Virus record (IMG/VR): IMGVR_UViG_3300028284_000003
Coordinates: 1-64,000 of that record
Direction: 5' to 3' (one strand)
DNA length: 64,000 nt
Source: a virus
Lineage: Duplodnaviria > Caudoviricetes
Below are positions 1 through 8,949 of this stretch, in pieces. The notes under the pieces are model-generated. The model searched no databases, was not told the origin of the DNA, and saw nothing but the letters and a program-made list of their open reading frames with translations. The translations under genes were made by a program, and so were the position numbers. Each line of letters opens with the position of its first letter. The first letter of the stretch is position 1.

Positions 1-2
1 AA

Positions 3-833
3 TTAGATAGCATAAACAGACGTAAAGTCAAATACTGCCCTTGTGGAAAAAGCAATGCAGATGGAAAGTTTGTTCCTTTTAAAAATGCTGAGAAATTCGG
101 CTATTGTCATAGTTGTGACAAGTTAATGAAGCCAGACAATAAACCAGCTATTGACTGGGCTCCAATAAAGATGGAGAGAAAGCCAGAACCAAAACCAGAA
201 TATATCGATTGGGAGTATTATAAACCTTTGATGTATGACTACCATTTAAACGACAATAATAGATTTGTAGACTTCTTGTGTAGAGTTCTTGGAGTTCAAG
301 AAACACACTATATTTTACAAGACTACTTGTTAGGAAGCGGAAGCAATTTTACTGTAATATTTCCTTTTATAGACCATAATAAGAATATAGTTAATTTAAA
401 GACGATGGACTATGACCGAATGACTGGGAAGAGAGGTTCTTTGATATTTTATGACAAAAGAAAACCAAGACACAAAATGTGTTTTTTTGGTGGTCATTTA
501 GTTGATAGTGATAAGCATAAAGACAAACTAATAGCAATAGTAGAAAGTGAAAAAACAGCGTGTTTAATGTCTGTATTCAACCCCAACTATCTTTGGCTTG
601 CTTGTGGTGGTTCTAATGGTCTTAGCAGTCATAAATTTGATTATATAAAGTATAGAGAAATACATCTATTCCTAGACGAAGGAAAGTATAAACTTTGGAC
701 TGAAAAGCTGGAGAGACTCGAGCAGCTGCACCCTACTAATATTTTTAGAATATCTAAAGAGTGTGAAATCTGGTTTAAGGAAGGACACATCCAAAAAGGA
801 GATGACATAGCAGATTTTTATTTAAGGTTATGA
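3..833 (+). CDS. DUF6371-like primase/Toprim-related protein with N-terminal Zn ribbon, 5' end outside window
   Basis: Frame is open upstream of ATG126 to the window edge (..KYCPCGKSN..GYCHSCDK..). Toprim-like IVESEKTA, WLACGG, LFLDEG and GDDIADF motifs. Only convincing plus-strand gene. Confidence 0.65.
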   Translation, partial: LDSINRRKVKYCPCGKSNADGKFVPFKNAEKFGYCHSCDKLMKPDNKPAIDWAPIKMERKPEPKPEYIDWEYYKPLMYDYHLNDNNRFVDFLCRVLGVQETHYILQDYLLGSGSNFTVIFPFIDHNKNIVNLKTMDYDRMTGKRGSLIFYDKRKPRHKMCFFGGHLVDSDKHKDKLIAIVESEKTACLMSVFNPNYLWLACGGSNGLSSHKFDYIKYREIHLFLDEGKYKLWTEKLERLEQLHPTNIFRISKECEIWFKEGHIQKGDDIADFYLRL

Positions 834-917
834 CTTAGTTAAGAAAGCAAAGGGAGGGTTAGGTGATTAATTAGATTTTTAAGATATCTTCTTTTCAAAA
901 AAACACACCAACATTTT

Positions 918-1364
918 CTATATCCACCTTCTTGTAGTTTTTTTATACTCATCAAATTCCTCTTTGAATAAATTTTTCATTACTTTTTCTTCAGGTATAA
1001 TTTGATACTTTGTTATATAGGCACAAAATAAAGTAATAAATATAATTCCGCCTATTATATTAAAAAAGAGAGCAAGAGAACCTAATATAGTTGTCATTCC
1101 AAGATACATAGGATTTCTTGAGTACTTAAAAATTTTTTCTGTTACCAATTTTGTTGCTTTCTCTGGGTTTAAAGGGTTGACGGTTGTTTTACTACTTTTA
1201 AATGATGTTACTGCTGATATGAAGATAAAGAACCCCAAAAACATTAAAAATATACCAACATAAAAAGTAAGTTGATTTTCAATTGCTGGAAATATTCCTT
1301 TAGAAAAGTAAATTAATAATCCAAATACTAAAGTTACTATTGGTGGAGGAATTTTGGTTTCTAT
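918..1364 (-). CDS. Isoprenylcysteine carboxyl methyltransferase (ICMT/PEMT) family membrane protein
   Basis: TTVNP..LVT..FKYSRNPMYLG and IIPEE motifs. Frame extends upstream of the ORF-track start (1244) to ATA-GAA-ACC-AAA-ATT-CCT-CCA-CCA (xETKIPPP). Confidence 0.8.
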   Translation of the reverse strand: METKIPPPIVTLVFGLLIYFSKGIFPAIENQLTFYVGIFLMFLGFFIFISAVTSFKSSKTTVNPLNPEKATKLVTEKIFKYSRNPMYLGMTTILGSLALFFNIIGGIIFITLFCAYITKYQIIPEEKVMKNLFKEEFDEYKKTTRRWI

Positions 1365-1367
1365 TTT

Positions 1368-1628
1368 TCACCAAACATCAAACTCTACTTCTAATACTTT
1401 ATTGTCATCTTGGTCTCTGTATTCAACGTTGCCTATATTGTAACCAAGATCTAATATGATTCTATTTGATTTTTTGGCTTCTTCTGCATCTTCCTCTATT
1501 CCATTCATATCCCAAAAGGTGGCTATAAATGATTCTAAGATGTCTTCTTCTAGTGTGTCAGTTGTTGATTCCACATGGTGAAAACCCATGTCCTTTGTAT
1601 TAAGAAATTTAAAATATGCTTTACTCAT
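1368..1628 (-). CDS. Hypothetical acidic protein
   Basis: 86 aa ORF in a tightly packed operon. Confidence 0.6.
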   Translation of the reverse strand: MSKAYFKFLNTKDMGFHHVESTTDTLEEDILESFIATFWDMNGIEEDAEEAKKSNRIILDLGYNIGNVEYRDQDDNKVLEVEFDVW

Positions 1629-1641
1629 TATTTGGTGTTAG

Positions 1642-1758
1642 TTAACCCTGTCTTTGTTTATATCTAGGGTTAGATTTATTAATTATAAATAGTCTGCCTT
1701 TACGTCTTACTAGTTTATCTTCTGGGTGGCGTTTCTTAACGGATGCTCTTGTTTTCAT
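1642..1758 (-). CDS. rpmJ: 50S ribosomal protein bL36 (zinc-free type)
   Basis: Manual translation gives [38 protein letters not shown] (38 aa), the classic bL36 pattern. Below the ORF-track size cutoff. ATGA overlap with the upstream gene. Confidence 0.92.
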   Translation of the reverse strand: MKTRASVKKRHPEDKLVRRKGRLFIINKSNPRYKQRQG

Positions 1759-2012
1759 ATGGCTAACACATGATGTTCTCCGTCTTTGTTGATAATAACC
1801 TTTTCACGATCATATGATGGGCCGCCGATGCACCAAACTTCTGTGCCTTGTAGTTCAAAGTTCCAGTGTGTATCTAAGAACTGTAATACCTTTTCTTTTT
1901 GTTTACCCTTTATCTTAGACTTAAACTTAAGTTCATCAAATTTTCGAAGGGCTCTCTTCTTAGCAAGTTTATCTTGTAAGTTCTCTGCTGTAAATTGTTC
2001 GTACGTTTTCAT
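1755..2012 (-). CDS. Putative internal head protein with T4-like capsid targeting sequence
   Basis: N-terminus [10 protein letters not shown] versus T4 IPII/IPIII leader MKTYQEFIAE. Confidence 0.65.
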   Translation of the reverse strand: MKTYEQFTAENLQDKLAKKRALRKFDELKFKSKIKGKQKEKVLQFLDTHWNFELQGTEVWCIGGPSYDREKVIINKDGEHHVLAI

Positions 2013-2479
2013 AGTTTTACTGTTATTGTATTGCCATCATCTTCAATGTCTTTTGGCTTTAAGTGTTTTTTGATATATGCCATATAAAGTTTGTTTCTTC
2101 TCTGATCTCCAGTCTCGTTTTTTGAACCTTCAAACTCTATATACTCTACTTCTGGATATTTTTTCATAAATGCTTTTACAATATCTACAACGGTTGCCAT
2201 AATTCTAAACAATTCACCTCTATTAGTAACTACCTCATAGTCTACTGTATATGATTTTGATTTTTTATTTTCAACCCCGTATTCTATTACTAAAACAAGA
2301 CCATGATTAAAATCTCTTCTATCTTCTATCTCTGTATTTACTTTATATGTTAAGTCAGAGTCTGTTTTGAATTGAGCATATGAAGTAAACCTTCCATCCA
2401 TCCATTTCCATTTATATGGCTTTGCGCCAGCATCACCTATCTCATTAATAAGCTCTTCGAATAGTTTTAAGTGTTTCAT
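2009..2479 (-). CDS. Putative internal head protein (CTS-like leader)
   Basis: MKHLKLFEELINE leader. Confidence 0.6.
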   Translation of the reverse strand: MKHLKLFEELINEIGDAGAKPYKWKWMDGRFTSYAQFKTDSDLTYKVNTEIEDRRDFNHGLVLVIEYGVENKKSKSYTVDYEVVTNRGELFRIMATVVDIVKAFMKKYPEVEYIEFEGSKNETGDQRRNKLYMAYIKKHLKPKDIEDDGNTITVKL

Positions 2480-2608
2480 ATATTATTTATCATATTTTTA
2501 CTACATTTTATTAAGAAAAGTATATATCACTACTAAGATAGCGATACCACTTATTATTAAAGTTCCTATCAATAATGTGTCTACAAATATACTCATAATT
2601 ATACTATC

Positions 2609-3208
2609 TTACTTTTTTAAATATTTAGATATTCTAAATATAGGCCAACTTGATCCTTTCCAATTATTCAACATTTCTTTTCTTTCAGGATGCCACTGTA
2701 CCAAGACTATTCTTTTTCCAACTGCACATTCAATAGTTCCATCATCTGCCCATAGTTGTGGCATTAAACAATCTGCTAAAATACTACAATGTTGATGATG
2801 TCTAGAATTAACATCGAAATGTAAATTATTTTTTTTAGAATTAACTCTATGGAAAACACTTCTTTTTCTCTGTACATTTTCTCCACCAAAGGTATCATCA
2901 ATTGCATGCATTCCTTCATTCCAAACATTTTCGACAACTCCACCTAAGTGTGAATTTACAAGTTGCATACCTCTACATATACCAATAATAGGTAAATTAT
3001 TTTCTAAAGACTGATCCACTAAGTTTTTTTCAAATTTATCTCTTTTTGGCCTTGTACCTACATCCGCTCCTCCGCATAAGAGAAGCCCTCCTTCAATTTT
3101 AGTATCTTTATCGGTTAATATTTTCCAATCTAAGTCATTTCTCTCTACCCATCTAATACATTCTTTTAAGTTTGTTTTAGACACGGGAGGAGCAATGCTT
3201 ATAATCAT
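2609..3208 (-). CDS. Class I glutamine amidotransferase / peptidase C26 (gamma-glutamyl hydrolase, PuuD-like)
   Basis: GGAD, GICRGMQ, VNSRHHQ and VQWHPE catalytic motifs. Confidence 0.88.
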   Translation of the reverse strand: MIISIAPPVSKTNLKECIRWVERNDLDWKILTDKDTKIEGGLLLCGGADVGTRPKRDKFEKNLVDQSLENNLPIIGICRGMQLVNSHLGGVVENVWNEGMHAIDDTFGGENVQRKRSVFHRVNSKKNNLHFDVNSRHHQHCSILADCLMPQLWADDGTIECAVGKRIVLVQWHPERKEMLNNWKGSSWPIFRISKYLKK

Positions 3209-3222
3209 ATTATATTTATTTA

Positions 3223-3537
3223 TTATTTCTTAGATAAAAGTTGTGAAAGAACACTAGTATTAGATAACTTATAAATATTACCATCATCACAACTTAAATC
3301 GGTTATCATAATTAAAAGATCAGTTTTCATACTGTTTAATTTATTAATATACTCAAGAGTTACAGTGTGGCCTATTTCACCAAGATCATCGTCCATTTTT
3401 AAAGTGTTTATAATATCATCTATTTTAATAATGTCTTCTTTTAAAGATAAAACATAGTCTTTAGATGTTATATTATTTTGATTGAAACCTATTAAAGAAA
3501 TTAAAGTTAAGCTAATTGTTATTATTGATTTTTTCAT
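3223..3537 (-). CDS. Hypothetical protein with signal peptide
   Basis: MKK plus hydrophobic N-terminus; directly after an early-type promoter. Confidence 0.6.
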   Translation of the reverse strand: MKKSIITISLTLISLIGFNQNNITSKDYVLSLKEDIIKIDDIINTLKMDDDLGEIGHTVTLEYINKLNSMKTDLLIMITDLSCDDGNIYKLSNTSVLSQLLSKK

Positions 3538-3555
3538 TATTTTTACGTTTTTAAA

Positions 3556-3630
3556 TTATAATACTAATATAACTATAATCTTTGACATAAAAAAATCTAG
3601 AGGCACTTATTTTTAAAAGTTATGAACAAT
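3556..3630 (-). promoter_or_regulatory. Early-type promoter repeat E1
   Basis: About 75 bp repeat; minus strand ends GTTATATTAGTATTATAA just before a start codon; 10 copies in the window. Confidence 0.75.
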
Positions 3631-3821
3631 TATAATTTTTCAAGCTCATTCTTAACCTTTATCCAGTAATTATATTGACTAGCAGTATAACTTTGTCTTT
3701 GTATATGATTTATTGCAATGATTGCACATTCTTTAGTTACACTTAATGGTACCATCATATCTTCTCCACATTTATACATTTCATTTAATATCTCTTGTGC
3801 TTTTACTTTAGGTTCTTTCAT
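3630..3821 (-). CDS. Hypothetical phage protein
   Basis: 63 aa ORF with YW..VK.ELEKL ending. Confidence 0.6.
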   Translation of the reverse strand: MKEPKVKAQEILNEMYKCGEDMMVPLSVTKECAIIAINHIQRQSYTASQYNYWIKVKNELEKL

Positions 3822-4123
3822 TAACTTATTTCTCCTTTATCTTCTATTAACTCTATTGCGTCTTCATCTTCTTTTTTCATTTGACAGGTAGCGCAACATC
3901 CATCTGCCCCATGAGTAATTTGCAATGGCTGAAACATAGCAACTAACATTGCCATCATTAAACCCATAAAATGCATTATTCTTTTCATGATTTATTACTA
4001 TAATGAGTATATAGCCCCCAAATACAGTAGCCTAAAACTACAAATAATAATATCTCTGGTATTATTACAGTTGTTATTAAACCGGCAATAATGAGTACCA
4101 TCCACATTAAGACTATTTCTTCT

Positions 4124-4405
4124 TTATTTTTCATATTCTAATTTTAAAAGTTGATTTGTTTTCATATTTACCCAATCCTCATCTTTTTCAGGATTTCTAA
4201 CATGTAGTAATTCATGAACAATTGATTCTTCACAAAGATCTATGTCGTGATAAATAGTGCCCTCCTTTTTATCAAAGTCTCTTTCAATAGCAACAAAGTA
4301 AGTTTCACCGCTATATTCTATTTGTTCCGGTAATATTCTTTCTGTTTTTATTTGCCAATCACTGATTCCAAATCTCAATTGCCACTTTTTTATTAGGAGT
4401 TCCAT
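4124..4405 (-). CDS. Small HEXXH metallopeptidase-like protein
   Basis: IVHELLH motif. Confidence 0.55.
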   Translation of the reverse strand: MELLIKKWQLRFGISDWQIKTERILPEQIEYSGETYFVAIERDFDKKEGTIYHDIDLCEESIVHELLHVRNPEKDEDWVNMKTNQLLKLEYEK

Positions 4406-4411
4406 CTATAA

Positions 4412-4437
4412 TTATATGATGGAATATAGGTTTGTTT
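4412..4437 (-). promoter_or_regulatory. AAAC-N16-ATATAA promoter (middle/ECF type)
   Basis: Plus strand TTATAT-N16-GTTT, just upstream of start 4405. Confidence 0.65.
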
Positions 4438-4627
4438 AATCTTCTATACAATCATTCATGCGTAAAATGAGTTGATCTCGCATCCAATTAAGTTCCTTTA
4501 ATGCATGTTCGGAAAGGCGATAACTACTCATTAGTGTATTTTCTAATTTATCAAGCTCTCTTTTGTTATCATAATAAATATGTTTCATATCTTCTCTAAT
4601 ATTTCCGAATTTAACTCTTCTAGCCAT
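4436..4627 (-). CDS. Hypothetical protein
   Basis: 63 aa ORF downstream of pckA. Confidence 0.5.
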   Translation of the reverse strand: MARRVKFGNIREDMKHIYYDNKRELDKLENTLMSSYRLSEHALKELNWMRDQLILRMNDCIED

Positions 4628-4636
4628 TGTTTACAT

Positions 4637-6190
4637 TTATTTTTTAATAGATTTATAATTTTCTTCAAATTGTTGCTGTAAAAATAATGCTTTTTTATCA
4701 TATTCTTCCCTGTCTTTCCAAGTTTCCTTTGGTATTAATACCTCTCCAGGAACATTAGGACATTCAATTGGCATTTTTAAACCAAATACTTTATGTGTAG
4801 CATATTCTACGTTGTCTAGCCATCCCTCTAAGGCAGCATTAATCATTGCTCTAGTATATTTTAGACTCATGCGCTCACCAACCCCATAAGGGCCTCCAGT
4901 CCAACCTGTATTAATTAACCATACATTGACATTTGACTCTTCCATTTTATCACCTAACATTTCTGCATATTTCATCGGGTGTAGTGGTAAAAATGGTGCT
5001 CCATAACAACTTGAAAACGTAGTCGTAGGCTCATCTATGCCATCTTCTGTACCTGCAACCTTTGCAGTATATCCAGAAATAAAATGGTACATTGCTTGCT
5101 CTTTATCTAATTTTGAAATAGGAGGTAAAACTCCAAATGCGTCTGCTGTTAAAAAGAAGATATTTTTAATATTATCACCCTTTGCACCTTCTGCTAAATT
5201 ATCAATATACTTTAATGGATAACTAACTCTTGTATTTTCAGTAATATCAGACCTTGTAAAATCCGGTTCATTAGTACCTTCTTTAAAAATTATATTTTCT
5301 AAAATTGCACCTGCTTTAATTGCGTTCCATATATCTGGCTCTTTCTCTTTTGAAAGATCAATACATTTTGCATAACATCCACCTTCAAAATTAAAAATTG
5401 TATTTTCATACCAACCATGTTCATCGTCTCCAATTAACATTCTATTTGGATCAGCAGACAATGTAGTTTTACCAGTACCTGAAAGTCCAAAAAATACAGC
5501 AGTATCTCCTCTTTTTCCAACATTAGCAGAACAATGCATTGATAATACATCATGTTTAACTGGTAATACAAAATTTAAAACTGAAAAAATACCTTTCTTA
5601 ATTTCACCAGTATATCCGGTACCTCCAATTAAAATAATCTTTTTTGTAAAATTAATAATTGCAAAGTTTTCTTGCCTAGTTCCATCAACTGTTGGATCTG
5701 CATCGAAACCTGGTATATTAATTAATTGCCATTCTGGTATAAAATTAGCTATTTCTTCTTCTTTGATGTTATTAAGCATATTACTTGCAAAGTGATTTGA
5801 CCATGCAAATTCATTAATAACTCTAACATTTAACTTAAATTCATTTACAGAACATGCATATACATCCCTAACATAAACTTCTTTGTTTTTAAGATATTTA
5901 AGCATTTTTTGATGTAATTGATCAAACTTATCTTCATTAAACGCAATATTAATATCGCCCCAATCTACAACTTCTCTTGTAACATCATCTTTAACGATAA
6001 ATCTATCCTTTGGCGATCTACCTGTAAATTTACCAGTTTTAATAGATAATGCACCTGTAGAAGTAAGCTCTCCTTGTTCTTTTTCTAATGTAATTTTAGT
6101 AAGCTCATCGGCTGTTAAATTCCAATAGGCGGCTTTAAGTCCTTTTATATTTAAGCTTAAATTATTAGGCATGTTTCCGTGATTTTTCAT
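4637..6190 (-). CDS. pckA: Phosphoenolpyruvate carboxykinase (ATP)
   Basis: TGRSPKD, YTGEIKK, MHCSAN, GLSGTGKTTLS, LIGDDEHGW and EGGCYAK motifs; full length. Confidence 0.97.
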   Translation of the reverse strand: MKNHGNMPNNLSLNIKGLKAAYWNLTADELTKITLEKEQGELTSTGALSIKTGKFTGRSPKDRFIVKDDVTREVVDWGDINIAFNEDKFDQLHQKMLKYLKNKEVYVRDVYACSVNEFKLNVRVINEFAWSNHFASNMLNNIKEEEIANFIPEWQLINIPGFDADPTVDGTRQENFAIINFTKKIILIGGTGYTGEIKKGIFSVLNFVLPVKHDVLSMHCSANVGKRGDTAVFFGLSGTGKTTLSADPNRMLIGDDEHGWYENTIFNFEGGCYAKCIDLSKEKEPDIWNAIKAGAILENIIFKEGTNEPDFTRSDITENTRVSYPLKYIDNLAEGAKGDNIKNIFFLTADAFGVLPPISKLDKEQAMYHFISGYTAKVAGTEDGIDEPTTTFSSCYGAPFLPLHPMKYAEMLGDKMEESNVNVWLINTGWTGGPYGVGERMSLKYTRAMINAALEGWLDNVEYATHKVFGLKMPIECPNVPGEVLIPKETWKDREEYDKKALFLQQQFEENYKSIKK

Positions 6191-6282
6191 AGATTATATA
6201 TTAAAAGCTACTCTCCATGAAGGGCCTTAGAGGCTAAAATAACATAATCTTAGATTATAAGATTTTATTATTTTAATAAATG

Positions 6283-6307
6283 AAAAAAGGGCCACTAAGG
6301 GCCCTTT
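6283..6307 (-). terminator. Rho-independent terminator after the collagen-like gene
   Basis: Minus strand AAAGGGCC-CTTAGT-GGCCCTTTTTT. Confidence 0.8.
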
Positions 6308-6325
6308 AATTCTGTTTTAATTATT

Positions 6326-7600
6326 TTACATTTCTGTAAGATTAAACTTATACTTTTTACCAGTATTTCTATTAATTAAAAATAAATCGTCGCTTCCTTC
6401 TTGAATTGACCAGTGACCTGAAGTTCCATCAACCTCATTTTGTCTACCTTCGTTATTTAAATTAATATCACCTACTAATAAATTAGGAGTTTTAATCTGA
6501 TTTCCTTCAGCCTTAATCCAAGTGTCTCCAATGTACATTGAATTATCAGATAAGAAAAGGTGTCTAATTTTATATTCAGCATTTCCTAAATCATATTGTT
6601 CATTTGTGTCTGGTATAATAGATGCAGTCATTGTACCTCCCATATCTGAAGATTCTCCTTTATCACCTTTTTGTCCTTGATTTGCAGCAGTACCATCAAG
6701 CCCAGCTTCTCCTTTTTCACCTTTAGCTCCATCGACTCCAATAACACCATCTTGGCCGGCTTCACCTTTATCTCCTTCTTGGCCAACGAGTACAAAATAT
6801 ACAGCACAATCTCCTGAAGTAACCCCTATATCACCATATGATACATTATACACATCAAATTTATAATTTCCATTACTGTCTATATTTGCTCCTATAATTT
6901 GAAAAACATTAATGTGCTGAGGATTAGCATTAAGTATTGTTTTAATTTGACCTGATTTAGTGTTTAAATATTGATCTAAGAATATTGATTGATCTGTACC
7001 GTCTTCGTCTTCTTTATGAAATGTTAAGCTTGTGATTCCTAGATATGCTGGTTCTCCACTCCATGCAAATTCGCCAGCTTGTGGTACAAAACCTGTAGTT
7101 TGACCATCCCATGAAAATTGACCGGATTGTACTATTCCTGATTCACCTTTATCACCTTTTTGACCAGAACCTCCAATAGTTCCAATGTTTCCTTGATTAA
7201 TTTGTCCACTAAATGCTAAAAGACTCGCTCCTCCTTGATCTAAACCATCACTTGGATCGCTATCTATTAAAAGATTTCCAGAAAGACCAGTAACTCTAAT
7301 TTCAGCAGCATCAAATGCTAAAGTCATCGTTTGAAAATAATATTTAGTAACATCTTCTACCCATCCTAGACTTATTGAAGATTTATTATTAATTTCACCA
7401 AGAGACTCCCATGATTCTGTAGTATTAACCCATCTCCAAATAGTATAATGACCTTCCTTTAAAAGAACTGAAATACCAGATTGGTCTGCTGATTTTGAAA
7501 CACCAAATGATGCATCTATAGGTACATCTTGGCCAACTACTAATGGATTTTCTACTTGAGTAAATTTATTAGGTTTGTTTAAAGAATATTGTAATTCCAT
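6326..7600 (-). CDS. Collagen-like virion fibre protein
   Basis: Gly-X-Y tracts (GQKGDKGES, GDKGEAGQDG..GAKGEKGEAG). C-terminal NEVDGTSGHWSIQEG..LFLINRNTGKKYKF domain typical of marine myophage fibres. Late-type motif upstream. Confidence 0.75.
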   Translation of the reverse strand: MELQYSLNKPNKFTQVENPLVVGQDVPIDASFGVSKSADQSGISVLLKEGHYTIWRWVNTTESWESLGEINNKSSISLGWVEDVTKYYFQTMTLAFDAAEIRVTGLSGNLLIDSDPSDGLDQGGASLLAFSGQINQGNIGTIGGSGQKGDKGESGIVQSGQFSWDGQTTGFVPQAGEFAWSGEPAYLGITSLTFHKEDEDGTDQSIFLDQYLNTKSGQIKTILNANPQHINVFQIIGANIDSNGNYKFDVYNVSYGDIGVTSGDCAVYFVLVGQEGDKGEAGQDGVIGVDGAKGEKGEAGLDGTAANQGQKGDKGESSDMGGTMTASIIPDTNEQYDLGNAEYKIRHLFLSDNSMYIGDTWIKAEGNQIKTPNLLVGDINLNNEGRQNEVDGTSGHWSIQEGSDDLFLINRNTGKKYKFNLTEM

Positions 7601-7617
7601 AATAAAAATGTTTATTT

Positions 7618-7626
7618 TTATATATC
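7618..7626 (-). promoter_or_regulatory. GATATATAA late-type promoter motif
   Basis: Same motif precedes tail tube and tape-measure genes. Confidence 0.55.
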
Positions 7627-7628
7627 AA

Positions 7629-8387
7629 CTACCAATACCACAATCTACCGTTGTCTCCAGTAAATGCCAATATTTTCCAACTTAATTCCTTAGGCGTTAA
7701 TTTATTTTTCCAAAGCCAATATTGAATTAGTCTTTCACAGCTTCTATCGTTTTCTTTAGTGTTTTCTAAAACAAAATTCCAAAAGTCTACAAATTCTTCA
7801 AGTCTATTAATCCCAAATGCAAAACAAAAACTAGGAGTCCAATTCATTTCCCAAGGTTCTTGACCAGGCATCATTAAGTCTTTATAGGCCCAATGTTCTT
7901 TATCTGGATTAGGAGCATCCCATATTTTTTTAAAATAAACATCACTTTTGTTTATTAAATCAGTTCCACAATTCTCAGTTAAATTATATCTGCCTGAAAG
8001 TTTTACTATATAATCATAGTTTTTTAATTCGTCTTTATAATGTTTTAAAAATGTAGAATATAATAAGGCTTCACAATACGACTTATTTTCATGAGTATTT
8101 AAAATAACTGTTTTTTGTGCATCTACCTCTGCGAGTCTTATACATTCTAAATCTTTAGCTTTCCATAAATGTTCATATTGAAATAATAATTCACCTGCAG
8201 CTTCAGTATCTAAAGACGCATCAACTACGTATACCTTAGCATTTGGATAAATTGCATAAATAGAATTAATAGCAAATGTCGTATGTGAATGTCTTTCTCT
8301 ATCTGAAAAATAACTTCGGTTTTCAGTATAGTCAAATTTTCCAGAATTTGATATTAGTACAGAACCAATAATAAAAACAGGTTTCAT
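7629..8387 (-). CDS. Glycosyltransferase-like protein (KLSGRY family), paralogue of 10265..11020
   Basis: Shares R..xT...INSI...Y/F, VD/E.S and KLSGRY with 10265..11020. Confidence 0.5.
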   Translation of the reverse strand: MKPVFIIGSVLISNSGKFDYTENRSYFSDRERHSHTTFAINSIYAIYPNAKVYVVDASLDTEAAGELLFQYEHLWKAKDLECIRLAEVDAQKTVILNTHENKSYCEALLYSTFLKHYKDELKNYDYIVKLSGRYNLTENCGTDLINKSDVYFKKIWDAPNPDKEHWAYKDLMMPGQEPWEMNWTPSFCFAFGINRLEEFVDFWNFVLENTKENDRSCERLIQYWLWKNKLTPKELSWKILAFTGDNGRLWYW

Positions 8388-8947
8388 TTAGTTTGTTTTT
8401 TCTTAAAATAAGTCCTATCCTTCTCTTCTATATAACCTTTACTTTGTTTGATAAGGTCATATTGTAGCTCAGTATAGCTAACTTGCATTTTATTTTTTTG
8501 TAAATTATTCCAAATCCATTTTTTCATAGGAGCACATCTTTTAAATGAATTTATTTTATCTTTATTTTCAACGAATTCTCTAGCATAATTATTAAATTCT
8601 CCTTGTGAATGTTTTTTATGCCAATTTATTCTATCTTCACTTTTAGTGATTTCATGGTCATTTCTCATCATAAATACTATTAAGGTGTCTTTATTATCAA
8701 TGGTATGTAATTTATGAGAAAGAGCAGGTGCTTGTATAACTACTGGCTCCTTTCCAATATATGTTAACATTTTATTTATTTGACATATACCATGTTCAAA
8801 CTCGTCAACTTGTCTATAATTTAATTCAGTGGCTAATTCTACTGAAACATAAGTCGTACCAGATCTTTGAGGTCCTGATATTATAATGTATTTATAATTC
8901 TTACAATATTCTTTAAAATATGCCCAGTTTTTTACATTAATCACCAT
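8384..8947 (-). CDS. Sulfotransferase-family protein
   Basis: IISGPQRSGTTY 5'-PSB loop and a downstream FMMRN motif. Confidence 0.7.
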   Translation of the reverse strand: MVINVKNWAYFKEYCKNYKYIIISGPQRSGTTYVSVELATELNYRQVDEFEHGICQINKMLTYIGKEPVVIQAPALSHKLHTIDNKDTLIVFMMRNDHEITKSEDRINWHKKHSQGEFNNYAREFVENKDKINSFKRCAPMKKWIWNNLQKNKMQVSYTELQYDLIKQSKGYIEEKDRTYFKKKQTK

Positions 8948-8949
8948 TT

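Noticed and set aside
6246-6264. AATCTTA-N5-TAAGATT palindrome upstream of pckA as an operator
   Set aside because: Single short AT-rich instance; could be chance
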